The notes under the pieces: model-generated
Database searches by the model: none
What the model was told of the DNA's origin: nothing
Seen by the model: the letters and a program-made list of their open reading frames with translations, nothing else
DNA from: Chrysomallon squamiferum
Lineage: Eukaryota > Animalia > Mollusca
Assembly: GCA_012295275.1 (NCBI GenBank)
Contig: CM022677.1
Span: forward strand, 9,486,001 to 9,550,000
DNA length: 64,000 nucleotides
Reading direction: 5' to 3'
Shown: positions 1 through 41,026 of the stretch, in pieces
How positions within the stretch are numbered: the stretch's first letter is position 1
How the letters are laid out: every line of letters begins with the position of its first letter
Position numbers and translations under genes: made by a program

Positions 1-26
1 GTTGTGTTTTCACATATAACTTTCAG

Positions 27-27394
<27,368 letters not shown>

Positions 27395-27440
27395 GACAGC
27401 ACTTTCACGTTTTACTTTTGTCTTCTGTCCACATGCAGTG

Positions 27441-27446
27441 AATAAA
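27441..27446 (+). terminator. Polyadenylation signal of the giant gene
   Basis: AATAAA about 46 nt after the stop, followed by GT-rich sequence (cttgtttgt). Confidence 0.7.
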
Positions 27447-28786
27447 CTGTGCTATTCTACACTTGTTTGTCAAATCTGTTCAGTTGATTAAAAACTTATG
27501 TGTAACCTCTGCCATGTCCTGTCTATTATTATTATTATTATTATTATTCATTTATTTTAAATTCAAATTCAGAAACCTCTATTAATTTGTTGTTTTTATC
27601 CCCCACACAAAAACAAAAGTAACTGTTTATGAAGTCAGGTACAATTCAATTTCTTCTTAGGAAATAACAATGCTGTATCAAAGATATAAGAAATATCTGT
27701 AACACAGAGATGTCGTTAAGAAATATCTTGCCATTTCAACAACAGCAAATATGACCCGTTATGAAATACAAATATTTCATAACGACTAAAAATTTCATAG
27801 TAATATAATCTACGATAATATATTCATCAGAGTTCACAACAACAAAGATCTATTCTTAATAACGATATTATTAACTAATTTGTAATTTCTGTTATATTTT
27901 TTCTAAGTTAGAAGTTCTCAAATAAAGGTTTTAATTATATTCTAGCTAAATAGAAAAATGTACAAGTCCAGGTATTTGTAGTGTTAGATACAAGTGTAGA
28001 TCCTGTTGAATGTTTTAAAATACACACAGGAGACCACGTTGTACTCTGTGTGTTCACAGCTTGACTCGCTCATTTTCTTCACTGTTTCCCAACAATTCGT
28101 TTTTAACAACATAGTTCATTTAATTTGTATTGTTAACAAGTAATGTCATAAACGACATGAAGTACTTAAGATATCAGATTTAATTCAGTTAAAATAATTT
28201 TAATACTTTATCCAAAGTGATATTTGTCGAATAATTATATATTATTAGAGTAAATATTCTGTGTCATGATTTAATATTTATATCACCAATTTAATTACTT
28301 TTCGTTATTTCTGTAAAGTCTATTTCCATTTTATTTTATTCATATTTCTACAAAGTATTCCAGGTGAAACCTTAAATTAATAAGAAAACAAATACATTTA
28401 TTTTTTATTTATTCTAACTGGTCTGCACGAAAAAGTTAAGAAAAAAACAAAAATAATAAATAAAAACGAATAACAATAAACAGCATGCGGTTATGTTATG
28501 GCGATTTGCTATCATTGTAAATAAAACGTAATAATATAATGTTTTATTAAAAATATACCCTTTTGCAGTGTGCACAGCATGATATACATCAAATAGATAA
28601 TAAAGCGAGTATTGCACCATTATTGTAGTGAAACATACAGAAACAGCAATAAATTATTTATACTAACCAGCGTCTGTTCTGTGTTAAAATGTTCACACTG
28701 ATAAACGAATTTAAAAATTTCGAATATAATAAGATTAATGAAACTTTTAAATTACAGATGTTGAAACATCATTATCACTATAACCA

Positions 28787-28818
<32 letters not shown>

Positions 28819-29052
28819 GTTAAATTTATTTTCAAACTGAATTACAGTTTTGCGAACATGTCATATAATTATGCTGTTTTAATTGTTTTCTTATCAGATT
28901 GTGCTTTTATGTAAACACGGGTTAGGAGAATACACTTACTCCTAGACGCTTACTACGCTACATATAAATATTGTTTTCACACTTGAAAGGAAAAATTACT
29001 TTTTAATACTTTTAGATCAGAGTAGAAGACGGCAACCACGTGATTTCATACC

Positions 29053-29315
29053 CAGGGCCGGATTTCCCGTACAGGGTTTCTAGGCTACTGCCTAGGGCGG
29101 CAGTTTATGTTACATAAATTCGTATTTTCACATTAGATTTATAAATAAATCATTATGTAAATGTAAAACCATGTTTTTGCTTTCAACTGGATTATAAGTT
29201 ATAACCATTCATATTATATAAACTAAGTGGGGAGGGTGAGGGGGACTTGAGCCTTGATGAGGGAGCGGGTAACATTTCTTTAGCCTATGGGCTGCAAGCA
29301 CATTAAATCCTGTTC
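29053..29315. mobile_element. Degenerate hAT-like MITE
   Basis: Begins cagggccggattt and ends ttaaatcctgttc, an imperfect inverted match; GC-rich ends in AT-rich DNA; no target duplication seen. Confidence 0.35.
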
Positions 29316-29456
29316 ATTCCCATTACTTTTTCTCCCTCATGGTATATCTGTCTACTTTTATATCAACCTGAATGTAAATTAATAATAATAATAATAATAA
29401 TAATAGTAGTAGTAGTAAGATGCTCTACTTAATTATTTTTGTTGTTATAATTATTT

Positions 29457-29520
<64 letters not shown>

Positions 29521-29732
29521 ATTTCCATAATGATGATGAGTATTGGTAATAACTAAGAAAATTATTTTAAATATAGTAATAAATGACCTGTTATTATTAG
29601 AAAACAGTGTAATTATCAAGTTGTCACACAAGTCTGCGTTATCCACAAACTGACGCAATTTCCAGATTTTATACATTATAATCTACGGATTATATGTGAT
29701 TACATCTATCTATTAATCCATCCATCCAACCA

Positions 29733-29790
<58 letters not shown>

Positions 29791-31903
29791 ACTTATCCTT
29801 CTTATCTATCCATCCATCCATCTATATTTCTGTTTATTTGTCTCTCACTCTTTAAACACACACACACACACACACACACGTTATTAATATAGATTATAAG
29901 ATAATTAACAATGCTTAACATAGGTGATAATGAGTGTTTGTGTATGTGTGTGTGAGTGTATTCTCTATGTATGCATGTATGAATGTATATGTGTGATATT
30001 TGATGGACAATGAGTTAACATTTAATATTATTATTATTTTAATCTGTGCAGTTTTAGGAAATTTTGATGTTCTAGTTATTCTTCAGTGTGTCATGGAGAA
30101 ACTGATTTACAGTAAGGTGATTATTTAAACACTGGGCTTCTTCCTGATAAATTAACTATTGTTAGTTTCTTACAACAGGAAATTATTTATACAATAAATT
30201 AATAAAGTTCTTTAGGGTAGATTATAGAATTCTTCACTCTGTTTGGTACTTTTTGAGATAACTTTTTTTTTTTTTTATTTTTTTTTTTTAAGATTTATTT
30301 GTTATTCTTATTTTGGTTGATTTATTTATTTACTACTTCATTATTAAGATTTTGTTCTTGTATTCCACTGGCAGTTCTCTTTATTATTATTATTATTAAT
30401 AATAGAAACAATAAAGATTACTATTAGATTACTAAATTTTAAAACAATTTAAAAAATAAAAAATTTCTTTACACCTGGTACACTGAAATAAAAACATGTT
30501 ATTGCTGATGAGTTCTGTTCATTGTAGTTTATCTGTAAATTCTTTTGCTGTGTCATTTTCTTATTTTCTTAAATTCCTTTTTATTTAAACAAATAATTTA
30601 ATTGATGTGATTTCACTGCTGTTTTATTTGTACTGACACCTTTTACATATTCCGCTTTTTACTCTTTTATTTGTACTTATAATCAACATAATTTTATTAG
30701 CTTCATTTTTGGGGGGATTCTTACCTTTAAAACACAAACAAACAAAAAACTCAAACAAAATGCCCCTTGAAGTTTAGTAAAATAATTTTCAAGCAAAACA
30801 TCTACTTTTCTTTTTTTTGACTAATTGCAAGTCAGAATAACAACATCTAAAATCAACACATAAAATGTTTAAAATACTTCCACCATCTAATTATAATTGT
30901 ATCGAATTTCTTTAAACATCAAACATTTCTACTTGTGTTATCAGTTCTTTGCAACCAAATTTATAAAAAATGATTTAATAATTTTCTTTATTATGATAAT
31001 AATTTTGTAATTACAAATACATATGAAGACAAAAAATATGATACAAATGCATGAACAAATAAAAATGGCTAGATAACTGACTTACTGCATGTTGCATTAA
31101 AACACACAACTCTGACATATCTGTCTGGATGTGTGTTAACTGTACACATAATTTGATAGAACAAGCTGTTGTTATCACATATTCAGTAGTCGTAAATATG
31201 ATTAACAGTTTTTAAATCATTTGGATAGTTACCTCATATCAACCATTTAGTCAGTGAAAATTTAAATTAATTATTTTTCATCCATTATGAGATGAGATAA
31301 ATTGTTGATAGATTCTTAACTGTTTAGTGGATCTCTCATGTGTAAAGATAGTGCTGCACTGTATAAGAGACAGAGTTATGTGTGAAGTAATGACAGAATT
31401 AATAAATATATAAGTATATATATATATATAGCTTGTAATGATGGACGTTTTCCTTAACGGCAAAATGTTTTTATAACTTGTAAAATACAATTATAATGAA
31501 AGTAATAACTATAAATACTACTTAATACAGAATAGTGCTTGTCAAATCAAGGCAATAAATATAAATATTACTTAAAGAAAAAAATATTGTCATAGCTTGT
31601 CAGATCAAAGGATGATAGAGGGTATAAAAATAATACAGATTATTGTCACAAATCAAGGAATTATGTAATAAATATAAATTAGACTTGATTTAATGGATGG
31701 TTAAATTTATAGCTTGTCAAATACAGCAGTAATGGAAGTAACGAATATAAATATTACTTAATTTAATGACAGAAAAAAAGAATATTTTTGTAAATAAATC
31801 AGACGAAACTCAGATGACCAAAAACACAGAAACACAAACACTCACTCAGACACACTCACAAACATATCCACCTGCATTCATTTTATTTAAATAACTTGTA
31901 TAA

Positions 31904-31942
<39 letters not shown>

Positions 31943-32809
31943 ATATGTCTATTGATCTATGGTTATAGCTGTAACGCTTTAAATGTTGAACTATATTTAC
32001 AGCTGTAAATCTTTACCTGTTCATCAATATTTACACCTGTGCATCTCAACAACATTTAAATAAAAAAAATAAAATAAAAAACAACAAATAGAATGAAATT
32101 TAAAAAAAATAATAATAAAATAAAATAAAAATTATTCGTTGTTATGGCCGCGTGTTAATCAGAAATTATCAAAGCGCGTTCATTTTGTCACGTTTTGAAA
32201 AACACATATTAAAAGAAACTGGTATAGTAATTGTATTTTTCATATTTATTATTGTAGAATGTAATGATTACATGGGTGTATATTAAAAAAGACGAACAAA
32301 AACTCTTAATTATTATTTTTATTTACTTTTTAAATATAAACATACCTGGTAACCTGTGTACATACAAATCTAAAATTCGAAACATGGTTTACATTCATAA
32401 TTTACATTGTCCAACAGTAAAAAATTAAATTAAATTTTAAGCATTTAATTGCTTAGCCACAGATGCTGGCTACAATAATAGAAATTTCAGCTGATGTTTG
32501 ATTCTCGGTTTTCAAATGCAATACAACTCAGTTATTACGTGTGACGTGGATGTAAATCACAATGGTTTTCTAATTTTCAGAAAGGTGTTTTAAAAAATTT
32601 TGATAAGCCAAAACAAAGCTGACTTTTATAAAATAAAATTTACACATTAATCTAATAAACAATAATAATGTCTTAACTATAGTTTCTGAGAATTCAAAGG
32701 TTTATCTATATTTGTTTTGCTTTACGTTATCACAACGCGTTGGTTCTATTATTTTCTGCAACCTTATATTTAAATACCTATATTTAAATTAATTCTATGA
32801 TACACTGTG

Positions 32810-32845
<36 letters not shown>

Positions 32846-32968
32846 AATCACAAGAACGAAATAAACACACACACACACAAAGAAAAACACCAACAAGAGT
32901 ATTATTGTTCGTTTCTTGCGATTTTCACTCAGGATTCTTTTCGAGAACAACTTGTCGGTTGTGCCAGT

Positions 32969-33153
32969 TCAGTCACTGAAGGCGTCGAAGATGTCCTCGG
33001 TGTTGTAGAAGGGGTAGTAGAACTGTGGACTGTGGAAGGCCTGGCACTCACACGTAGGACAGCCCCACGTGTCTGTCATCCTCCCAGTCAGACACACGTT
33101 GTAACACCACGGCTTCAGGCAGAACGACTTCACTGCAAGCAGCAGGGAAAATG

Positions 33154-33186
<33 letters not shown>

Positions 33187-34338
33187 GTCTGTGTATATGT
33201 GTGTGTATATATATATATATGTATATATGTAAGTATAATTTTAATCGATTCATAATTACTTGTCATTAAATTTAGACATGTAAATCAGTTGATATATTAT
33301 TATAATAAACAGAGACACAGAATATGTACATACATATAAACACTCATATACATCCGCACCTGCTACACACATTTACATACATTCAGGTATATATATGCAT
33401 ACACATACTTAAAAATATGGAGTTTGACATCAAGTTGGAATCAGTATAGAAAGTTGTAAGTTATCAAAAGATGCTCTACTTAATTATTTTTGTTGTTATC
33501 ATTATTTTCATTATTACTATTATGTTTTATTTACTAAAGAATATAATGAAAAAGAAAGATAAACGGATAATATGTATTACCCTATAGTTTGTAAAATATG
33601 TTTCTTTTGTATTATTCAAAAGTAAACTTTAGTAACCCATTTTACTGACAGTTGTAGCTTACAAACGGAGACTTACAAACAGAAACACCAGTAGTATTAC
33701 CTGGTTTACAAGCACATATTTGACATCCATTAACGTCCAGCTGATACCCTTCTGGACACGCTTTATGACACGTAATTGGCACACAGTCTAGAAAAAAAAC
33801 CCAGTAAGAAAGGTGTTTATATATAGAAAACATAAACAAAACAACAAAACAAAATAAATGTTTGCCTAAAACCCATTACTCTCCCCGTTACAAAACAAAT
33901 TTAATACAAACAACAACTCTATAACAACTAAATAAAAAGAGGAAGATGATAAATACATATCAAAGAACGTATGTATGTGTGTGTGTGTATGTATATATAT
34001 ATAAACATATAATTCTTAAAGTAACTGAAACAAGCAGTAGTATAACCTGGTTTACAAGCACATATTTGACATCCATTAATGTCCAGCTGATACCCTTTAG
34101 GACAAGCCTTATGACACGTAATTGGCATGCAGTCTAGAAAAACAACAAAGAAAAAGCAAAAACAAGTAACAATAAGTAAAAATGTTTTATGAAGCAATAA
34201 CTAATAACAATAAAAGTATATGTATATATAAAAAAAGAAAGTTCATGTTTGAAGTCTGTGTCTGAAAGAGGTAAATAGTGATTTTTATATTGTAAGTATA
34301 TAAGTTTCTTTATTAGTTCTAAATTGGTTTCCACTAAA

Positions 34339-34371
<33 letters not shown>

Positions 34372-36251
34372 GTTGTTGTTGCTGCTGCTTTTGTTGTATT
34401 ATTTACCTTTAATGCACCTGCAGTTTGGACAGCCGTCGCGGTCCTGTTCGTAACCTCGGGTACAGATGTTTGAACAAGCGCGTGGACACCACGGCACTGG
34501 CTGTCGTGAGGGTCGTCGTGAGTCCGGGCTGAACTGCGCTACAGCTGAAAGATACACATTGTATCCTACTGCAGTTTACGATATATCATATGAATTTTAC
34601 GAATTTTCATTGTTTACTTCTTGAGTTTGCATTGTATCCTACTTCAGTTAAAGCTGAATCTTACTTAATAAACATCTTACCTGAGTGTATAATATTATTG
34701 CTACTTACGTCCATTAAGTAAATCTTATTTTCAATTGTGGCTATTGACGAAATAAACTGAATTACACCCTTCTGAGGTTACTTTGTCCAGTTAGCAGCAA
34801 GACTAGTTCCTTCATGTACCTCCCCATTCAATGGAAATCACATAATTAGTTATTTATTACTAACAGTAATAGTAATTGTTGTATTCTTAGTCTTAATTAT
34901 GGTAGTAGTAGAAAAACAATTGTAGTATGATACTAACAGTAATAGCAATAGTAAATAGTGTAGTAATTGCAGTAATTAATTGTAATAGAAATGATCGTAG
35001 ACGTACTAGCAGCAGTGGTGGTAGAAGTTAGTAATAGCAGGAGCAGTAGTAGAATAATAGTAATAATAGAAGCAGCAATCGTAATGGTACTGGCAGCAAC
35101 TAACATTATCTCTATTACTGCAACTTTGACTACTATTACAACGATTACAATTACCACTGCTACTACTATCATCATTGTAATACAATTAATACACTAAACA
35201 TCTGCTGGTTTTAGGCCAAATTCTTTGAATAAACTTTAATATATTTTTTCTTTCTGAAATGATGCTATCGGTAAGGAAATAAAGCTCTGCAGAGAAAACA
35301 AATTGTTTTCAATCTTTTAGTGTCTGACAATGTCATTTTTCTGTATGACGTTATTGCGTCACTGTCGACAACTTTACTGGCATACCAGTATGACGTAATA
35401 GCGACAAAGATGAAATATCGTGTTATTAATCAAACTTTAGTCACATTCTCATAGATGTCACCAACGTTTCGCATCTTCAATAAAATAAAAAATAAATAAA
35501 TAAGTAAGAAAATGAATAACTTTAATCGAAATTAAACGAATAGAGCTCACTGAATAAGTACAGCCAGCGAAATGATATTAATAGTTTTAATTTTTCTGTA
35601 TAATTTGTGATTTAGTATCTAAATATTTCTAAATTATGACTTTAATGATTAATGAAGGCATTCAGAAATATATGAACTGAAGATCATGATTTTATTCAAC
35701 AATGCAAACAGACATAGGTATCATTTTGTTTTTCTTTCCTTTTCCTTTTCTCTTTTTCTCATTACTTATTTATTTTCTTATTTATTTAATATTATTTTAT
35801 TTTATTTTGTTTCTTTTTTCATGTGTTGAATTATGATTATTGAATGTATGTACGTAATTTGTATGTGTGCATGTATGTATGTATGTACAGAATAGTATAG
35901 TATAAAAGCAAAAACAGATTTCATTCCAGAGAATCGCCTTTCATTTTAATAAATTTATAATATTTGAATATCACTGACCTAACTTTATTTTGCATGTTGT
36001 ATTCTTCTTGAGATAAATAAAAACTGAGAGCTTATTTCAAAGGCAAAATATGTATATCTGTGTGTATATATATATATATATAAAAACACACACATACATA
36101 CTTTCTGTTTATGGGTAGCCGTAATAGTGTAAAAATCGTCATACATTGCTAATTTATTTCTAAACGAAACTATAGCAAATCAATGACGACGTAACCACAG
36201 AAAAATAACTGCCAGTGAGAAACAATTTTTATCGTTCTTTCCTATAATCCA

Positions 36252-36326
<75 letters not shown>

Positions 36327-36462
36327 GTCTGTCTCTATGTATATATATATATATATATATATATAAACATACATATATAAATATAAAATATCAGGTTTTG
36401 CTATAAAACATATACTTACCGCTCGCAGAGAAGACGAACACGATGACGACAAGAGGAGACAT
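32969..36462 (-). CDS. Secreted four-antistasin-domain protein, 172 aa; exons 36462-36420, 34544-34407, 34133-34047, 33787-33701, 33132-32969
   Basis: The spliced ORF has signal-like MSPLVVIVFVFSASAVA, then CPRACSNICTRGYEQDRDGCPNCRC, CMPITCHKACPKGYQLDINGCQICAC, CVPITCHKACPEGYQLDVNGCQICAC and CLKPWCYNVCLTGRMTDTWGCPTCEC, ending FYYPFYNTEDIFDAFSD*. All introns are GT-AG, phase 1. Confidence 0.87.
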
Positions 36463-37071
36463 GTTTTCTAACTGATGGACAAACGGCCACTGGTCACCTT
36501 CAAGTACTGGTTAAACATTTTATTACCTGTCACTGTTCTCTAACAGGTCGTTATCTGTCCATCTCATGTCATACAATAAATACATTATTACATGTCCAAT
36601 AAATCATAAAACTATAACTGAGATAACTTGTCTCATTTCAGCTTAAAGATGCTTCTACTATTACTACCACTACAACTACTGCTACTGCAGCTACTACTAT
36701 ACTAATACTGCGGTGCTGCACCTAGGACTGCTACCTTTACTACTAATAAAGAAACAACTACTATTCAGTAATATAATTATGCATCAGTTTCTGTAAATGG
36801 AACACAAAATCTTGAAATTTTATGCAGTGTACTGCAGTCTGTATAAATAACTATAAATATGATGACAAATCTTTGACAAATAAGACCAAGGTTATGAATT
36901 CCGAATTTAATAATATTAATAACATGTTGTGAAAAATAATTACAGATATTTTAAATTTCTGATATTATTACTGTGAGACCTCGACCACTGAGACAAGACT
37001 TTGATTAAGTGTAGTTACTTGTTTTCTACAGTCAAATACTTATTTAACCTAGTTTAGCTATCAAGTCGTTA

Positions 37072-39773
37072 TAGTCCGGTGGCAGGGACCGATAAGCGTG
37101 CATTGCGGTCCGTACAAAGTTTTTTTGCTGTTTCTATACCTCTGAGACGTGTTGTTTAAGAATCTGAATGATGCCACTCTGTCATCCTTCGGCAATCCGC
37201 ACAATATGCAAATTAAGGACGCCATTACTGAAAATCTTGTTTTCGTTAATATCTCAGTAACTATGCATGGTATTAAAATAATTTTGGTGTCTATCCCCAT
37301 GTTTTGAGGGGTAAAGAATCAGATGTAAGCCCTTTCAGTCAAGATCACACCAATATTTTGTGCTGAATAGGCATATTAAGGCCGCCATTACTGAAAATCG
37401 CGTTTTCGTCAACATCTCAGTAACTATGCATAGTATCAAAATAATTTTGGTGTCTATACACATGTTTTTAGGAGTAAAGAATCAGATTAAACCATTACAG
37501 TATTGATCACACCAATATTTTCTGCAAAATATGCAAAAATCAACTTCAGTATATATCTGAGTCGTTACAGAACATCCCCTTTTTATGCTGATGCATGTTG
37601 CCATTACTGTTTTGACTCAGTCCTCAAACAAGTCACTTTCAACAACATTGTCACAGTCATCAACCCGTCGGGTGTCCTCATTCCGGCAGTGTGCTTCTCC
37701 GTGACATCCACAAAACATTGTGCATGGCAAGTGAGCTGTATAGCATCCACACATTGCTGTCGAACAGGGTGTATCCGTAGCACAACCACACCTTATCATT
37801 TCCAGCACCTCTGGTGGAGCAACACTAATGTTTGGTTGCAATGTTACTGGGATCAAGCATCTAGTGCGTTCGTCACGTTCCCATCCGAACACGACAGGAT
37901 CTAATGCTGGAGGTTCTGAGCTGAGAGCTGATTTCCAAATGGCAGTCTGAATGTGCGCCCGCTTTACGTTCTCTTCGAATGCCTCTTTAGAAGGTGGAAG
38001 CGACTTAAGCTCTGGAGCCTTTGTCAAATATTTTCTACCCATCCTTCGCGACCAGACTTCTCCACGGACCTCAGACATGTTTGATGTCACCAAGCTTTTG
38101 ACCCCGTAGCAGGCAGCCATGAATGTTGTCGCTTCTTCAATGATGTCACCTATGTCCTCAGATAATACGCCCAATTTGAGCAGTTCTACACCACTCTTAA
38201 GGACTTTGATGACGGTGTTTTTTCCTACTCCGAAGCACTGAGCCACAGTGTCACAGCCTGAGAGGGCATGGGCGGCTGGCAGCTGTGAAAGCAAGTGTCC
38301 ATGTTCACTTGCAGTTGCCCCAATGTCTATAGTAGTTCGTTCAGCACTTGGTCCTTCCATTGTAAGACGACAGGTCAGGTTCAACTTTGCGTAGAAGTGC
38401 AGCAGGAGGACAAAAACGTCTGTGTCCTCACATACGATGTTGATTCTTTTCACGCCACTTTCAGCTGCCTTAACCATCTGCTGTATGATTATTACATCCG
38501 CTTCTTCGTGTCAAGTCATGAGATCTTCCCTACAGAAGACAATGCCATCCTGAATTACAACTGGTACAGAGTCAGTACAGGTAATGACCAGACTGTGTTC
38601 GTTCGGCTCGTCCTGTGCTTTCTGGATCAAAATCTGACATATCAGATCTATGACCTGTACCTTATTCTCAGTTACTGTAAGGACAACCTTCTGGGGTGGC
38701 AATGGAGTATGTAACTGCAGTTTGTGTCGTCGGCTCAAGTGACACAAGTTGACCCAATATCCACTGCGTCATTTGCGTTCACCGTTTCAGGTGCAATCCG
38801 ACCAGTAAACATTGATCAAACCAGCGGGATGACCAGTTGGATCCAGGGGATCGATGCAGGTCAGAAGTTTATCTCGTATCTTGTCCCTGTCCTTGGCATC
38901 CGAAGTGATGCGTGATGGCTTCTCTTCTTTATGACTCGTCACCTCCCTCTCTCCACTGTCATCGGACATGTCCGCGATATCTTGAACGATCATGCTGCAG
39001 GTGTGCATACTGTATGCCCATCGTTTTAGGGTTTCGGGATTCAGGGTTATGCCTATGATTCCACTTGGACCATGCCCATAATGCATGAAGGTTGTCTCTA
39101 TCCACATGTTGGACCAGATCCCGTTCCAGAGTCCCGGCTTGTGACGCATAATGTATTCACCTCTCAAGAAGCTCTGAAGCACTTCAGGTGGGAGACGCTT
39201 CATTGTACTCAGGTAGTACAACCCGTATCTCACGCAGTTGAGGTGAGCAGAGGCAAAAAAGTATGGCATCATTTGCTCTACTGCCCAGAGGTGGAGTGGC
39301 CAGTCTGCCTCTCGTTCCGCCTGCACGAAGACCATCTTGATAAAGACGGGTTGATGACGTGACAGTGTTGTTGAAAGTGACTTGTTTGAGGACTGAGTCA
39401 AGTCAGTAATGGCAACATGCATCAGCATAAGTAAAAGGATGTTCTGTAACGACTCAGATATACACTGAAGTTGATTTTTGCATATTTTGCAGAATTGTGA
39501 TCAATACTGTAATGGTTTAATCTGATTCTATACATGTTTATAGACATCAAAATTATTTTGATACCATGCATAGTTACTGAGATATTGACGAAAACAAGAT
39601 TTTCAGTAATGGCGGCCTTAATTTGCATATTGTGCGGATTGCCCAAGGATGACAGAGTGGCATCATTCAGATTCTTAAACAACACATCTCAGAGGTATAG
39701 AAACAGCAAAAAAAACTTTGTACGGACTGTACTGCAAGGTTCTCCAAAAGTCTGGGGTTTGGCAACCAGACTA
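37072..39773 (-). mobile_element. Internally deleted Academ (AcademX-type) DNA transposon
   Basis: TAGTC...GACTA termini; 3-bp TTA duplication (37069-37071, 39774-39776); long imperfect inverted arms (37072-37669 and 39345-39773); coding remnants typical of Academ. Confidence 0.8.
37617..39345 (-). pseudogene. Disrupted Academ protein: C-terminal transposase region, XPG/FEN1-like nuclease and Cys-rich CXC finger
   Basis: Motifs AEREADWPLHL..MMPYFFASAHLNCVRY, HEEAD (just after an in-frame TGA at 38511-38513), DTDV, HALSGCDT..GVGK, LPPS and CGC..C..CGC..C..CGC. Broken by a stop and a frameshift; N-terminus missing. Confidence 0.8.
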
Positions 39774-39906
39774 TTAGAGCTATCTACAGCGCATTATTAA
39801 CTAAACTTTGTCACTGCTTAAACAAAAACACCATGAAGTTACATATGTTGTCTTCGTGGCTGTAAATACTTCAAATCAACAATGAGTCTTACTTACATCT
39901 TATATG

Positions 39907-39937
<31 letters not shown>

Positions 39938-39946
39938 TTATTATTA

Positions 39947-39994
<48 letters not shown>

Positions 39995-41026
39995 CTAGGT
40001 TTTAACTTTCAATAATTAGTAACTTCAGAAGAAATATAATTTTATTCTTTGTCGTACATATTTTTATTTTTATAAAAAATTATGATAATAGCGTAAACCC
40101 ATGTGCACATACCTATATCTGTATCTGTCTATATGCTTATTAAGTGTCAGCTGATAATAAAACATGACATAATACATTATTTCTGTAAAATAAAATTGCC
40201 ATCTAGTATAATTATGTTCTTTCTATCGTTATTTATCCAGATGTGTTTTTCTGCAGTTGACGTCACATATTCTCGCCGCATTGCTGTCGTCGTTGAACTA
40301 ATCCGGTCGAGACATCATCAGCATTACCATCATTATTATTATAAGCAGTATAGTAGCAGTAGAAGCTGGAGTAACAGTAATAGTTGTAGCTGTATTTCAA
40401 ACTATTTATCTTTGCTAGATCCTAACTTTCTCAAGTGTATCTTTTATGATGTTACAGATCTAGTTTCATTCCAAATTCATTATTTATTTATTAAATATTT
40501 ACTTATTTATTTATTTTTAAGAAGAAGAAGATGAAGAAGAAGAAGAAGAAGAAGAAGAAGAAGAAGAAGAAGAAGAAAAGAAGAAGAATAAGAAGAAGAA
40601 GAAAATAAAAATACAAAAACAACACTCATAATAAGAGATCTCATTTTTCTTCTGTAAGTTATGATGAAGTCAGTAGTGATTTTAGAACAATACCGCGGCA
40701 ATTTGTATCTTTCTATTAGGTTAATTATAATAATTATTTTAATTTTGATTTTCTTATAGATATTCTTCTGAAAGAGACAGAAGTCTTAACATAACTAATT
40801 TATAATAAACATTTTTAACACTTTAGTAATAAACTGATTTATATTTTAATTACTTATAACCTAAACAATGTATTAATAGATCACCATAGATAATACATTA
40901 CAAAGTGTACAAAGGAACTGAGCAAAATGCACAGATATTATACAGTTGTAGAAAGTTCATATGTTACAAGAAACATACAATGTATACAGACATCACATTG
41001 TACACTGTACAAAATGTACAGAATCT

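Noticed and set aside
27500-32900. Possible additional exons between the two antistasin genes
   Set aside because: No Cys-patterned or otherwise convincing AG/GT-bounded coding segment was found on either strand.
37061-39800. Similar short ORFs at both transposon ends (KIILIPCIVTEILTKTRFS...)
   Set aside because: They arise from the inverted terminal arms, not from a duplicated gene.
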